This document shows positions 1 to 9,986 of a stretch of DNA of 64,000 nucleotides, in pieces (within the stretch, counting starts at the first letter, position 1; every line of letters starts with the position of its first letter). The notes under the pieces were generated by a model. The model ran no database searches. It saw nothing but the letters and a program-made list of their open reading frames with translations, and was not told where the DNA came from. The DNA lies in assembly GCA_903911145.1 (NCBI GenBank), contig CAIWCD010000013.1, positions 186,001 through 250,000 of the forward strand, read 5' to 3'. Source of the DNA: an uncultured delta proteobacterium. GTDB taxonomy: Bacteria; Myxococcota; Myxococcia; Myxococcales; 40CM-4-68-19. The position numbers and the translations under genes are program-made.

Positions 1-1
1 T

Positions 2-1900
2 CGCGACCAGAACGCCCGCGAGCGCGCCGCCGGCGACCAGTCCTGTCGAGAAGAGGCTGCCAGCGCCGAGTTCCTCGTCGTGGCCGCTCGCTGCCGCCTT
101 GTCCGCGCGGCGATCGACGATCCCCTTGATCGCTCCACCGATCCAGATCGGCAGCGTCGTCGAGAGCGGCAGATATGCGCCGACCGCGAACGACAACGGA
201 GAGACACCGCAGAGTTCAATCGTCACCGCGAGGAAGACGCCGACGAGGACATATTGCCAATCGAGATTGTGCGCGAGCAGGCCGCGAATCAGCGTTGCCA
301 TCAGCGTTCCCTGCGGCGCCGGATAGGTCTCGGTGCCAATCATATGATGAATCCCCTGCGCGGCCGCCGCGGCCGTCGGGGTATCGAGCACGCGCACCGT
401 CAATCCAATCACCAGCGCAGCCGCGACCGCACCGACCATCAGGCCAATCTGCTGAAAGCGCGGCGTCGCACCGACGAGATATCCCGTCTTCAGATCCTGC
501 GACGTCGCGCCGGCGTTCGCCGCGGCAATGCAGACCATTCCGCCCACGCAGAGCGCCATCGGTTGATAGATATCGGCCGTCCAGCCAATGCCGATGAAGA
601 TGAGGCAGGTGGCCATAATCGTCGCGATGGTCATTCCCGAAACAGGGTTGGAGCTCGTGCCGATGATGCCGACGATGCGCGAGGCCACGGTCACGAAGAA
701 GAAGCCAAATACGACGATAAGGATACCGAGGAGGAATCGACCACCGATGGTGCCAGGGAGAAACGGCAGGAACGCCATGATGCAGATCAGCGCAACGCTG
801 CCGCCGAGGACGGTGGAGATCGGAAGATCCCGGTTGGTGCGACGGGCATCAATCACGGCACCCGCGCCGCCGCGCATCGAGGCGAGGCTGCCCTTGAATG
901 AGCTGATGATGGTCGGCATCGTCTTGAGCAGCGTCATGAAGCCGCCCGCCGCAACCGCGCCAGCGCCAATCTGGCGCACATAGGCGAAATAGATCGCGCG
1001 ATTCAAGGCACCGAAAGTCTGCAGAGCAGGATCCCAACCATAGGCGCCTGCCTTGTTGATATCCGCGAGATATCCCAGTTTGACGAGCTGCATCGCAACC
1101 GCTGAGGCGGGCACGAGCGAAGCAAGAAGCGGAATCAGACCGAGCCACGCGAGGACACCACCCGCAACCAGCACACCCGCGATCTTGGGGCCGATGATAT
1201 ATCCGACGCCCATATACTCAGGAGTAATCGCGGCGTTGATGGTGGCGGCCGGGAAGATACGTGACGTTGCTCGGCTGACATATCCGGGCGTATCGCAGAT
1301 GACCTTGAAAATCTGCTGCAGCGTCGCGTAGGCAAAGGCGAAGAAGAGCCCCTGGTATGCGGTCTTCGCGAGTTCGCCGCCCTTCTCTCCCGCGATCAGC
1401 ACCTGCGCGCAGGCAGCACCTTCGGGATAAGGAAGATTGCCGTGCTCGTTGACGATCAGCGCGCGCCGCAGCGGGATCATCATCAGGACGCCGAGCATTC
1501 CGCCAAGCAGCGCGAGCGTGAAGATGGTCCAATAGGAGAAGTATCCGGCGCCAACGCTCTGATGGGTCGAGGGGTCGAGCGCGAGGAAGAGAAATCCCGG
1601 CAGCGTGAAGACAACGCCGGCGGCAATCGACTCGCCCGCCGATCCGATCGTCTGCACGAGATTGTTCTCGAGGATTGTCGATCCGCCGAGCTTCTTGAGC
1701 AGCGAGATCGAGAGCACCGCGATGGGAATCGACGCGGAAACGGTTAATCCCGCCTTGAGCGCGAGATAGACGGTCGACGCACCGAAGATCAACCCGAAGA
1801 GCGCGCCGATGATGATCGCTTTGGGCGTGAATTCGGCGACGTTGTCGGTGTCGGCGATATAGGGCTTATGCTCAGCGGGCGCGGCATTGAGTTCGGACAT
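2..1900 (-). CDS. OPT-family oligopeptide transporter (3' end runs off the window)
   Basis: Not in the ORF track because it has no stop in the window. Read by hand from ATG 1900: [15 protein letters not shown]...[44 protein letters not shown]...[28 protein letters not shown], the typical bacterial OPT N-terminus. Confidence 0.9.
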   Translation of the reverse strand, partial: MSELNAAPAEHKPYIADTDNVAEFTPKAIIIGALFGLIFGASTVYLALKAGLTVSASIPIAVLSISLLKKLGGSTILENNLVQTIGSAGESIAAGVVFTLPGFLFLALDPSTHQSVGAGYFSYWTIFTLALLGGMLGVLMMIPLRRALIVNEHGNLPYPEGAACAQVLIAGEKGGELAKTAYQGLFFAFAYATLQQIFKVICDTPGYVSRATSRIFPAATINAAITPEYMGVGYIIGPKIAGVLVAGGVLAWLGLIPLLASLVPASAVAMQLVKLGYLADINKAGAYGWDPALQTFGALNRAIYFAYVRQIGAGAVAAGGFMTLLKTMPTIISSFKGSLASMRGGAGAVIDARRTNRDLPISTVLGGSVALICIMAFLPFLPGTIGGRFLLGILIVVFGFFFVTVASRIVGIIGTSSNPVSGMTIATIMATCLIFIGIGWTADIYQPMALCVGGMVCIAAANAGATSQDLKTGYLVGATPRFQQIGLMVGAVAAALVIGLTVRVLDTPTAAAAAQGIHHMIGTETYPAPQGTLMATLIRGLLAHNLDWQYVLVGVFLAVTIELCGVSPLSFAVGAYLPLSTTLPIWIGGAIKGIVDRRADKAAASGHDEELGAGSLFSTGLVAGGALAGVLVA

Positions 1901-1930
1901 GGGCTCTCTTCGATGCTTGATTAGAGTCGG

Positions 1931-2941
1931 TTACGTCTTGGTGCGCTGGCTCATCCAGTGCTCTTCGCGGGCCAACTCGAGATCAGAGTCGACCATCATC
2001 TTCACGAGAGCGCGGAAATCGGTCTTCGGCTTCCAGCCCAGCTTTGCGCGCGCCTTGCTCGAGTCGCCGCAGAGGTGATCGACCTCTGCTGGACGCAGAT
2101 AGCGCGGGTCGTGGCGGACGAAATCCCGATAATCGAGTCCCAGTTGCGCGAAGGCGACCTCACAGAGTTCGCGGACGCTGTGGCTCTCTCCCGTCGCGAC
2201 CACCCAATCCTCGGCCGTCTCGTGCTGCAGCGCGAGCCACATGGCTTCGACGTAATCACCGGCAAATCCCCAATCGCGCAGTGCATCGAGGTTGCCGAGA
2301 TAGAGCTCCTTCTGGAGCCCGAGTTTAATCCGGCCTGCAGCCCGCGTGATCTTCCGCGTCACGAAGGTCTCTCCCCGCCGCGGACTCTCGTGATTAAACA
2401 GCACGCCATTCACGGCATGGAAGCCATACGCTTCGCGGTAATTGATCGTGATCCAATACGCGTACACCTTCGCGACCGCATACGGAGAGCGCGGGTGGAA
2501 CGGCGTGTTCTCGCCCTGCGGCGGCGGCGCGCTTCCGAACATTTCCGAGGAACTCGCCTGGTAGAAGCGGCTCTTCGTCAGCCCTGTCTCGCGCATTGCT
2601 TCGAGCAGGCGCAGCGCGCCGACGCCCGTCACCTCTGCGGTGTAATCAGGAACATCGAAGCTGACGCGAACGTGGCTCTGCGCACCGAGGTTGTAGATCT
2701 CCTCGGGCTTCACCTGCTGCATCAACAGATTGAGCGAACTGGCGTCATTCAAATCGCCATAGTGCAGCACCAGCCGGCGGTCCTGAACCTGGGGGTCCTG
2801 ATAGAGATGCTCGAGCCGCTGGGTATTAAACGACGAGGAGCGGCGGATGATGCCGTGGACCTCGTATCCCTTCGCGAGAAGCAGTTCGGTGAGATAGCTG
2901 CCGTCCTGCCCGGTAATGCCCGTCACCAATGCGCGCTTCAC
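1931..2941 (-). CDS. gmd: GDP-mannose 4,6-dehydratase
   Basis: [58 protein letters not shown] and RDWG motifs. GTG start at 2941 overlaps the fcl stop (GTGA). Confidence 0.97.
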   Translation of the reverse strand: MKRALVTGITGQDGSYLTELLLAKGYEVHGIIRRSSSFNTQRLEHLYQDPQVQDRRLVLHYGDLNDASSLNLLMQQVKPEEIYNLGAQSHVRVSFDVPDYTAEVTGVGALRLLEAMRETGLTKSRFYQASSSEMFGSAPPPQGENTPFHPRSPYAVAKVYAYWITINYREAYGFHAVNGVLFNHESPRRGETFVTRKITRAAGRIKLGLQKELYLGNLDALRDWGFAGDYVEAMWLALQHETAEDWVVATGESHSVRELCEVAFAQLGLDYRDFVRHDPRYLRPAEVDHLCGDSSKARAKLGWKPKTDFRALVKMMVDSDLELAREEHWMSQRTKT

Positions 2942-3915
2942 GCGTGGCTCCTTTGCGCTCCCTGCGCGCGATACCATTCGATCGTCTCGCGCAATCCCTC
3001 TTCAAATCCGACGCGGGCGAGGAATCCGAACCGCTCCGCAGCGCGCTGCACGTCGAGCATCCGCCGCGGCTGTCCGTTCGGCCGCGACGCATCCCATTGA
3101 AGCGTCCCCTGGTATCCGGTCAATCGCCGAATCAGCTCAGCAAGATCGCGAATCGTGATCTCGAATCCAGCTCCGAGATTGACCGGATCGCTGGAGTCAT
3201 ATCGTTCGCAGGCGAGGAGAATCCCCTCGGCGGCGTCGCGCGCATGGAGAAATTCGCGCGAGGCGCTGCCGTCGCCCCAGACGGGAATCGAAGCGTCGCC
3301 GCGCGCCTGCGCCTCGATGCACTTGCGAATCAGCGCGGGAATCACGTGCGACGATTCGAGATCGAAGTTATCGCGCGCGCCATAGAGATTAACCGGGAAG
3401 AGCACGCAGCTATTCAGCCCATACTGCTCGCGGTAGGCCTGCGACTGCACCAGCATCATCTTCTTCGCGAGCCCGTAGGGAGCGTTGGTCTCCTCTGGAT
3501 ATCCATTCCAGATCTCGTCTTCGCGGAATGGAACGGGCGCGAACTTCGGATAAGCGCAGATGGTCCCCAGCGCGACGAGCTTGGGCAGCTTCTGCACCCG
3601 GGCAGCCTCAATCAGCTGCGTGCCCATCATCAGATTTTCGTAGAAGAAGCGCCCCGGATTCTTCTGATTGGCGAGGATTCCACCGACGCGAGCGGCGAGA
3701 TGAATCACCAGCGTCGGCTTGAGCTCCGCGAGCATCCGGCTGGCAGCTCCGGGCTGCACCAGATCGTAATCGCGCGACGAGAGCGGATGGATCGCGCCCG
3801 CTCCGCGCGCACGCAGTCCGTCGACGACATAGCTGCCGAGGAAGCCGGTCCCGCCGGTGATTGCAACGCGAGCGGTCTGCCAGTTGAAGTTATTGGGGGT
3901 CATGTGTGTAGTCAT
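2938..3915 (-). CDS. fcl: GDP-L-fucose synthase
   Basis: [55 protein letters not shown] and NGQPRR motifs; coupled to gmd. Alternative start ATG 3903. Confidence 0.95.
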   Translation of the reverse strand: MTTHMTPNNFNWQTARVAITGGTGFLGSYVVDGLRARGAGAIHPLSSRDYDLVQPGAASRMLAELKPTLVIHLAARVGGILANQKNPGRFFYENLMMGTQLIEAARVQKLPKLVALGTICAYPKFAPVPFREDEIWNGYPEETNAPYGLAKKMMLVQSQAYREQYGLNSCVLFPVNLYGARDNFDLESSHVIPALIRKCIEAQARGDASIPVWGDGSASREFLHARDAAEGILLACERYDSSDPVNLGAGFEITIRDLAELIRRLTGYQGTLQWDASRPNGQPRRMLDVQRAAERFGFLARVGFEEGLRETIEWYRAQGAQRSHA

Positions 3916-6265
3916 TCCAGCTCCAGGAGAGCGTCCGGCGATTGAGCACGTCGTCGTTCATCTCATGGTTCTGAACCGGCCCCGACGGCCAGTCCGTCTC
4001 CCAGGTGCCGCTGCCTGTATCATGGCCCTTCCATTGAAGCGCGGAGAGAGTGAAGTCGTGATTGGCGAAGGTGACCGCCGCTGTGGACCAGAGGCTGCCT
4101 CCGGAGCTGGTCAGCGGTGCGCCCGTGCCGCCCCCGAACGAGCCGAGCTCCGCGACGTTGCCAAGCACCTCCTTGTTGCTGCTGCTGCCAAGAGGATTGG
4201 AGACCGCAAACGCCAGCTCAACGGTGTGCGTCGCCGAATAGCTCGTCGCATAGGAGAGAAGCGGGAGCGACTCGGAGCTTCCGGAGAGCGTCCAGACCCG
4301 GTCGCTGCCTGCGGCGAATTCGTCCGCGCCAGAGAGGGAGAATTTGAAAAAGAGTTCCTCCGTCGCGCCGCCGAAATTGAATGAACCGGAATAGACGCCA
4401 TCGCCCGCGTGCGCGTCGCCTCCCGTGCCGTCGTCGCGCAGGGCGAAAGCCACATCGGCCAGCGAGTAGCTGAGCGGATGCAGACTGCCCTTGAGCGCGG
4501 GGAGCGCTGCGCTCTGGACAGACATAGTCACGAGCGACGACGCATTGTTGAGCGGACTGACCGACGAAAGCGCCGCGGTGGCGGCGAGGGAGGCGTTCCA
4601 GAGGTTCGCGCCGGGATTGAACGACGCGGTCGCGCTGGCGAAGAATCCAAGCACGTCGATGCCGCCTGGATTCTGCGGCGACAGCGCGTAGGCATATCCA
4701 TTCGTCGAGTTGAGCGCGGCGATCGCGAGCCGCACGCGCGACGGATTGCCAATCGCGGCAGCGGGAATCGCAACCTCATCGATGCCGCTCGCTGCAGCAC
4801 CGTCGAAGCTCGTTGCGCCCTCGAGCGCCGGGCAATGGGAACCCACCGTCGCCGTGGCCGGCTCGAGGATGAGGGCACAACCCGCCGCCGCGTGGAGTTG
4901 CACGCTGGTATTGGCTCCATTCGGGGTCAGTTGCACCACGTAATCGGCCTTGAATGGCCAGATCACCTCGTTGCTTCCAACGCTCGCGGTGCGCCACTCG
5001 CCTGTCGCGTCACTCTCGGGATCGGTATCGATCGCGACCCAGAGTACGTCCTGGTTTGATTGGAGCAGATTTCCTCCGTCGATTGTCCCCATCGCAACCT
5101 GGAGCTGCGTCTGGTTCCAGCTGAACCAGGCACCGACGTTTCCCTGCGCCGAGGCAGCCCCGAGTGCGCTCGCCCGATCCCCGGAGGAGAAATCGAACGC
5201 CCGTCCCGAGAACGCGGTGGCCGCCTGCAGCGACGCTCCCGCGCTTTCGTTGCCCGCAGCGTCGACCGTGGAGACGAGAAGTCGATAGTTCGTCGACGCA
5301 GCCAATCCCGCCATCGAGAATTGCGCTGCCGCGGACGGACTGCTCGGCACCTCCGCGATCACGGGCAGACTCTTCGGATCGCACGTCGTCGATGACGAGC
5401 AGGCGTAGACGCGCGCGGAGACGAAATCGGCATCAGCGGGCGCCACCCAGGAGAGAGCCAGCGACTGCAATGCGGGCACGAGAGAGAGCGAACTGACCTC
5501 GGCCGGCGGCGTCGTGTCGGCCCCGCTGCCCGTCGTGAAATCGGCCACGACCGGCGCGGGCAAAGGCGCGCCGCTCGAGGAAAGCGCGTCGGTGGTGATC
5601 GCGAACTGATAGTGGGTATTCGGAGCGAGAGCTGTTGACGGTGTGACAGAGAATGTCACATTGTCACTTGTCGTCGGTGGAGCAGTGAGCGCGACGCAAT
5701 TCTGATGGCCTTGCGCGATCAACCGCAGCGTCGAGCTGCAGCCGCTTGAGGTCAGGCTGGCCACGCCCGCCGCCTGGTTGAAGGTCACGCGCAGTTGCGC
5801 ACTGAGCGGCACGCCTGTCGCGCCTGCAGCAGGAGACGTCGACAGCACCGCGAAGGTCGTCGCCCCATGCGGGGTGGCCATCACTTCCGTCGAGAGAGCC
5901 CCCTGCGTCGCGAGCCTGCGGGCAGCGACGGCGAATCGATAGGTTGTTCCATCGACGAGGCCGCTCACGGTGAGAAGGAGCGCGGCCCCAGCGTCGACGC
6001 GCAGCGAACCCGACCCGACGGGACCCGCCGAGGCCATTCCGTACTCGACTTCATATCCAGTCGCGCCCCCCACCGACTCCCAGCTCAAGCTCACCGCGTG
6101 ATCTCCAGCGACTGCCGAAAGCCCGATCGGTGCGAGCGGAGGAGAGGCGGTCGCAGAGCTGCACGCGCCGAGCAGGAGCGCGCTGCAGACCGCTCCCAGC
6201 AAGGCCGCGAGGATCTCACGTCCCATCTGCACTGGCCGGATCGGAGCCAACAAATGTGGGTTCAT
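3890..6265 (-). CDS. Large surface lipoprotein: FN3, Ig-like, FN3, beta-sandwich, choice-of-anchor-X-like and CBM20-like modules
   Basis: Lipobox LLLGAC. FN3 signatures (VSLSW...YEVEY...[12 protein letters not shown]). Ig-like '[12 protein letters not shown]...VTFN'. '[19 protein letters not shown]'. C-terminal '[11 protein letters not shown]...W..K...WE'. Start is ATG 6265 or 6226. Confidence 0.75.
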   Translation of the reverse strand: MNPHLLAPIRPVQMGREILAALLGAVCSALLLGACSSATASPPLAPIGLSAVAGDHAVSLSWESVGGATGYEVEYGMASAGPVGSGSLRVDAGAALLLTVSGLVDGTTYRFAVAARRLATQGALSTEVMATPHGATTFAVLSTSPAAGATGVPLSAQLRVTFNQAAGVASLTSSGCSSTLRLIAQGHQNCVALTAPPTTSDNVTFSVTPSTALAPNTHYQFAITTDALSSSGAPLPAPVVADFTTGSGADTTPPAEVSSLSLVPALQSLALSWVAPADADFVSARVYACSSSTTCDPKSLPVIAEVPSSPSAAAQFSMAGLAASTNYRLLVSTVDAAGNESAGASLQAATAFSGRAFDFSSGDRASALGAASAQGNVGAWFSWNQTQLQVAMGTIDGGNLLQSNQDVLWVAIDTDPESDATGEWRTASVGSNEVIWPFKADYVVQLTPNGANTSVQLHAAAGCALILEPATATVGSHCPALEGATSFDGAAASGIDEVAIPAAAIGNPSRVRLAIAALNSTNGYAYALSPQNPGGIDVLGFFASATASFNPGANLWNASLAATAALSSVSPLNNASSLVTMSVQSAALPALKGSLHPLSYSLADVAFALRDDGTGGDAHAGDGVYSGSFNFGGATEELFFKFSLSGADEFAAGSDRVWTLSGSSESLPLLSYATSYSATHTVELAFAVSNPLGSSSNKEVLGNVAELGSFGGGTGAPLTSSGGSLWSTAAVTFANHDFTLSALQWKGHDTGSGTWETDWPSGPVQNHEMNDDVLNRRTLSWSWNDYTHDPQ

Positions 6266-6355
6266 GCTCATCACCATGCCTTTGAGACCGGTGCACGCGC
6301 GACGCCCCGATCGTCGCCTTGACACCGCGTGCGCTCACCGGCCATGGAGTGCGCC

Positions 6356-7030
6356 ATGCCGGATATACCAACTCCATCGAGCAGCGTGCCGCACGCGGCG
6401 CCGATCGCCCTCTCTCCGGCGTGGCTCCTCTTCGCGCTGCTCGCGCTCGCCGTGCCGCTCGGCGCGCTCCTCTTGCATCCACGAGTTCCACTTGCGCCCG
6501 CGCCGCTCCCGATGCTCTCGACGCTGCCCGACTTCGCGCTCGTCGATCAGTCGGGCCGGCCGTTCGCGCGCAAGGATCTACTTGGCCGCACGTGGGTCGC
6601 TGACTTCGTGTTCACCAACTGTCCCGACGCCTGCCCGCGCTTGACCGCAACCATGCGCAAGCTCCAGGACTCGCTCTCTGCGGACGAGCGCGCGGGCGCG
6701 ATGGGCCTGCTCTCTCTCTCCGTCGACCCCGCGCGAGACACGCCCGAGGTGATGCGCAAGTACGCCGAGGCCCATGGCGCAGACGTGCGCGTCTGGCGAT
6801 TCCTTACGGGCCCCGACGACGAGATCGAACGCGCAGTCGTGCTCGGATTCAAGCAGGCGATCGAGCCGGCAGGAGACGCGCATACCGCAGCGCTCGACAT
6901 CCTCCACGGCGAGAAGTTCGTCCTCGTCGATGGCGCGGGCCGGATCCGCGGATACTACGATGCCAATGAAGAACCCGAGCTGCAGCGGCTCCTGCGCGAC
7001 GCACGCCAACTGACCCGAGGCGACAAGTGA
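6356..7030 (+). CDS. SCO1/SenC family copper chaperone
   Basis: N-terminal TM helix, FVFTNCPDACP (CxxxC), SVDPARDTPE, HGEKFVLVD...IRGYY. Start uncertain (6329, 6344 or 6356). Confidence 0.92.
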   Translation: MPDIPTPSSSVPHAAPIALSPAWLLFALLALAVPLGALLLHPRVPLAPAPLPMLSTLPDFALVDQSGRPFARKDLLGRTWVADFVFTNCPDACPRLTATMRKLQDSLSADERAGAMGLLSLSVDPARDTPEVMRKYAEAHGADVRVWRFLTGPDDEIERAVVLGFKQAIEPAGDAHTAALDILHGEKFVLVDGAGRIRGYYDANEEPELQRLLRDARQLTRGDK

Positions 7031-7590
7031 CCGAATCTCTCCCGACCGCGCCCAGGGCGGACGATCGCATCTTCTATGTGGTGAACGCGCTCGTCTCTGC
7101 CGCCGCGATCTCGCTGCTGGTCTGGCTGCTGCTGCTGCGCAAACCGACGCCGGGCGAGAGCGCGCTGCTCAGCTTTCTGCCCGCGCTCAACGCGCTGCTC
7201 AACTCGACGTCAGCTGTGCTGCTCGTGCTCGGGCGCGCCGCGATCAAGCGACGCGATCGCAAGCGCCACGCGCAGTTCATGCTCGCGGCCTTCGTGACCT
7301 CCGCGCTCTTTCTCGTCTCGTATCTCGGCTACCACTTCATGCACGGAGACACGCGCTACATCGGCGCGCCCGCCATCCGCGCGGTCTATCTCGCCGTGCT
7401 CGCCAGCCACGTGCTCTTGTCGATCGCCGTGGTGCCGCTGGTGCTGGCCGCGCTCTGGTTCGCTGCGCGCAACGCCTTCGGGCAACACGTCAAGGTCACG
7501 CGCGTGCTCTACCCGATCTGGCTCTACGTCTCCGTCACCGGAGTTGCCGTCTATCTGCTGCTGTATCAACTGCCGCACGGGACGCCGTAG
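7027..7590 (+). CDS. DUF420 family membrane protein (oxidase assembly associated)
   Basis: LPALNALLNSTS, FLVSYLGYH, SHVLLS and IWLYVSVTGVAVY motifs; GTGA overlap with the SCO gene. Confidence 0.88.
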   Translation: MTESLPTAPRADDRIFYVVNALVSAAAISLLVWLLLLRKPTPGESALLSFLPALNALLNSTSAVLLVLGRAAIKRRDRKRHAQFMLAAFVTSALFLVSYLGYHFMHGDTRYIGAPAIRAVYLAVLASHVLLSIAVVPLVLAALWFAARNAFGQHVKVTRVLYPIWLYVSVTGVAVYLLLYQLPHGTP

Positions 7591-7657
7591 ACAAGCAGCC
7601 ACGCGCTCCCGCTGTTCGCGAGAGGCGGCCCCCGTCAGGCAACAGGTTCCGTCAAGA

Positions 7658-7684
7658 GCGGGCTCGTGGACTTCGCGAGCCCGC
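7658..7684. terminator. GC-rich hairpin between convergent genes, probable terminator
   Basis: GCGGGCTCGTGG-act-TCGCGAGCCCGC stem lying 8 nt beyond the FYDLN gene stop; only a weak U-tract. Confidence 0.45.
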
Positions 7685-7692
7685 GGCGCGCC

Positions 7693-7941
7693 CTACTCGT
7701 CAGCGGCCGGCTTCTCTTCGACCTCATCCTCGTCGTCGTCCGCCTCTTCCGTCTCGGGCTTCTCTTCAGCCTCTTCGACGGCGCGCGGAGCTGCGGCGCG
7801 CCGGCCCGAAGGCTTGGCGACCGGCTGCTCGCGCTGATCGGTGCCGCACTTCGGGCACGCGGGAATCGGCTTCTTCAAGTCGTAGAACTTCGCTGCGCAC
7901 TTGAAGCAGGTGTATTTGATGCCCAGATCCTTTGCGGCCAT
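7693..7941 (-). CDS. FYDLN-acid family small zinc-ribbon protein
   Basis: MAAKDLGIKYTCFKCAAKFYDLKKPIPACPKCG followed by an acidic tail; SD-like GAGAGGGG upstream. Confidence 0.88.
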   Translation of the reverse strand: MAAKDLGIKYTCFKCAAKFYDLKKPIPACPKCGTDQREQPVAKPSGRRAAAPRAVEEAEEKPETEEADDDEDEVEEKPAADE

Positions 7942-7975
7942 GTCTTGTCGCCCCTCTCGGAAGTTGGCGGCGGGG

Positions 7976-8004
7976 CAGATAGACGAGGAGTGCCGGGAAG
8001 TCAA
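7976..8004 (-). promoter_or_regulatory. sigma70-type promoter for the FYDLN gene
   Basis: TTGACT (8004-7999), 17-nt spacer, TATCTG (7981-7976); same -10 hexamer as the rpsT promoter. Confidence 0.55.
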
Positions 8005-8032
8005 CGTCTAGAAGTTTGCGGAGAGCGTGGGA

Positions 8033-8821
8033 ATGAGCGTTCGCAGCGTGTTCATCACTGGTGCGTCATCGGGATTGGGCCGCGGTCTGGCCCTCCATTA
8101 CGCCAACGCAGGCGCCACCGTATTCGCCGCGGCGCGCAGAGTTGCCGAACTCGAATCACTCGCGCAGGAGGTCAGCGCAGGCGCTGGTCGCATCGTCGCT
8201 GTGGCGCTCGACGTCGGCGATCTCGAGGCGCTCTCGTCCTCGATCGCGCGCGCCGAGTCGGAGTCAGGCGGCGCGCTCGATCTCGTCATCGCAAACGCGG
8301 GGATCGGCATCCCCACCGACGCGCGCAATCTCGACTGGCGCGCGGTCGAGCGCGTCTTCCACGTCAACACCAGCGCGGCCTGCACGACCGTCTCCGCCGC
8401 GCTCCCCGCGATGGTCGCGAAGAACACCGGCACCGTCGTCGCCGTCGCGAGCCTCGCCGGATTCCGCGGCATGGCCGGTCACGCCGCCTACTGCGCGAGC
8501 AAGGCCGCGCTGCGCACGTTCATGGAGTCGCTGCGCGTCGACCTGCGCGGCACGGGGGTGCGCGCACTCACGATCTATCCGGGATTCGTGCGCACGGAGA
8601 TGACAGCGAAGAACCGTTTCCCGATGCCGTTCATCCTCGATGCCGACGAGGCGGTGCGCGTGATGGTGCGTGGCATCGCGCGCGGCAAGAGGAGCATCGC
8701 GTATCCGCTCCCGCTCGTACTCGCGACCCGATGGATGGCCACGCTTCCCGACTTCCTCTACGAGTTCATCGCCAGCAAGCTCGCGCCGCAGCGTCTCGCG
8801 AAAAAACGAAAGAGCAACTGA
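8033..8821 (+). CDS. Short-chain dehydrogenase/reductase
   Basis: ITGASSGLG, IANAG, S...YCASK catalytic motif, PGFVRT. Confidence 0.93.
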   Translation: MSVRSVFITGASSGLGRGLALHYANAGATVFAAARRVAELESLAQEVSAGAGRIVAVALDVGDLEALSSSIARAESESGGALDLVIANAGIGIPTDARNLDWRAVERVFHVNTSAACTTVSAALPAMVAKNTGTVVAVASLAGFRGMAGHAAYCASKAALRTFMESLRVDLRGTGVRALTIYPGFVRTEMTAKNRFPMPFILDADEAVRVMVRGIARGKRSIAYPLPLVLATRWMATLPDFLYEFIASKLAPQRLAKKRKSN

Positions 8822-8882
8822 CAACTCTTCCTCTTCGCGCGAGTGGGGTTCTCAAGCAGCGCGACCTGTGCAATCTTCAGCC

Positions 8883-9893
8883 ATGCCACGTCCAAAGCGC
8901 GAGCTGATCGATCTCCACATCCACGTCGGCGGCGCAGTCGCCCCGCATATCCTCTGGTCGATTGCCCATAGCCAGGGATTCAAACTCCCCGTCCGCGACT
9001 ATTGGGAGTTCGTCGACCTCGTCACCGCCTCGAGTGACAAGGTCAAGTCGCTCGACGACTATCTGAAGATCCTCCACACCTGGACGGAGAAGATCCAGTC
9101 GAGCCCTGCGGCGATCGAGCGGGCGATCTACGAAATCATCGGCAAGGAGTATCGCGGCAGCGGCGTGACGCGCATGGAGCTGCGCTTCAATCCGATGAAG
9201 CGCAACCTGGGCGGCGAGCGCGATCTCGACCACATCATTCAAGCCGCGATTCGCGGAATGGATCGCGCGGCGCTCGAATACAACTGCCGCATCGGGCTGA
9301 TCTTCTGCCTCGCACGCGAGTTCGACGCGCATATCAACGAGATCATCGTCGAGAAGGCGATCAAGTATCAGAGCTGGGGCGTCGTCGGCATCGACCTCGC
9401 GGGCTCCGAGGAGCACGCGATGGAGCTCGCGCCCGACGAGATGGCGCGCTATTCGGCGCTCTATGCGCGCGCGCGCGCCGCTGGCCTCAAGACCACCGTG
9501 CACACGGGCGAGACGCCGGGCACGGGCGCAGAGGGAGTGCGTGCGGTGATTGAACTGCTGCGGCCCCATCGCATCGGGCACGGAGTACAGGCGGCGTACG
9601 ACGAGAACGCGATGAAGCTGCTCGTCAAACACAAGGTCGCGCTCGAGATCTGCCCGTCGTCGAATCTCTCCACCCACGCTGTTGCCGACTGGAAAGAGAT
9701 GAAGCACGTCGTGCGCACGTTCATCGATCGCGGCGTGCAGATCACCATCAATACCGACGGCCCTTATCTGCTGGGCACGGATATGAAGCGCGAGTTCGAG
9801 TTGTGCGAAAAGCACGGACTGCTCAACGATGAGGAGATCGACCGCTGCCTCGCCACCGCGAAGGACGTGAGCTTCCTCGCCGGCGATTCCTAG
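8883..9893 (+). CDS. Adenosine/adenine deaminase family protein
   Basis: DLHIHVGG, ELRFNP, GIDLAG, VHTGE, RIGHG, EICPSSN and INTDGP motifs; ATG at 8883. Confidence 0.9.
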   Translation: MPRPKRELIDLHIHVGGAVAPHILWSIAHSQGFKLPVRDYWEFVDLVTASSDKVKSLDDYLKILHTWTEKIQSSPAAIERAIYEIIGKEYRGSGVTRMELRFNPMKRNLGGERDLDHIIQAAIRGMDRAALEYNCRIGLIFCLAREFDAHINEIIVEKAIKYQSWGVVGIDLAGSEEHAMELAPDEMARYSALYARARAAGLKTTVHTGETPGTGAEGVRAVIELLRPHRIGHGVQAAYDENAMKLLVKHKVALEICPSSNLSTHAVADWKEMKHVVRTFIDRGVQITINTDGPYLLGTDMKREFELCEKHGLLNDEEIDRCLATAKDVSFLAGDS

Positions 9894-9986
9894 TCGGACC
9901 TGTCTTGCGCGGGTGTGATCGCGAGCACCATCATCGCGCCGTTTGTTTGCTATGGTCGCCCTCGCCGAACACTCGAGGAGTCCACC

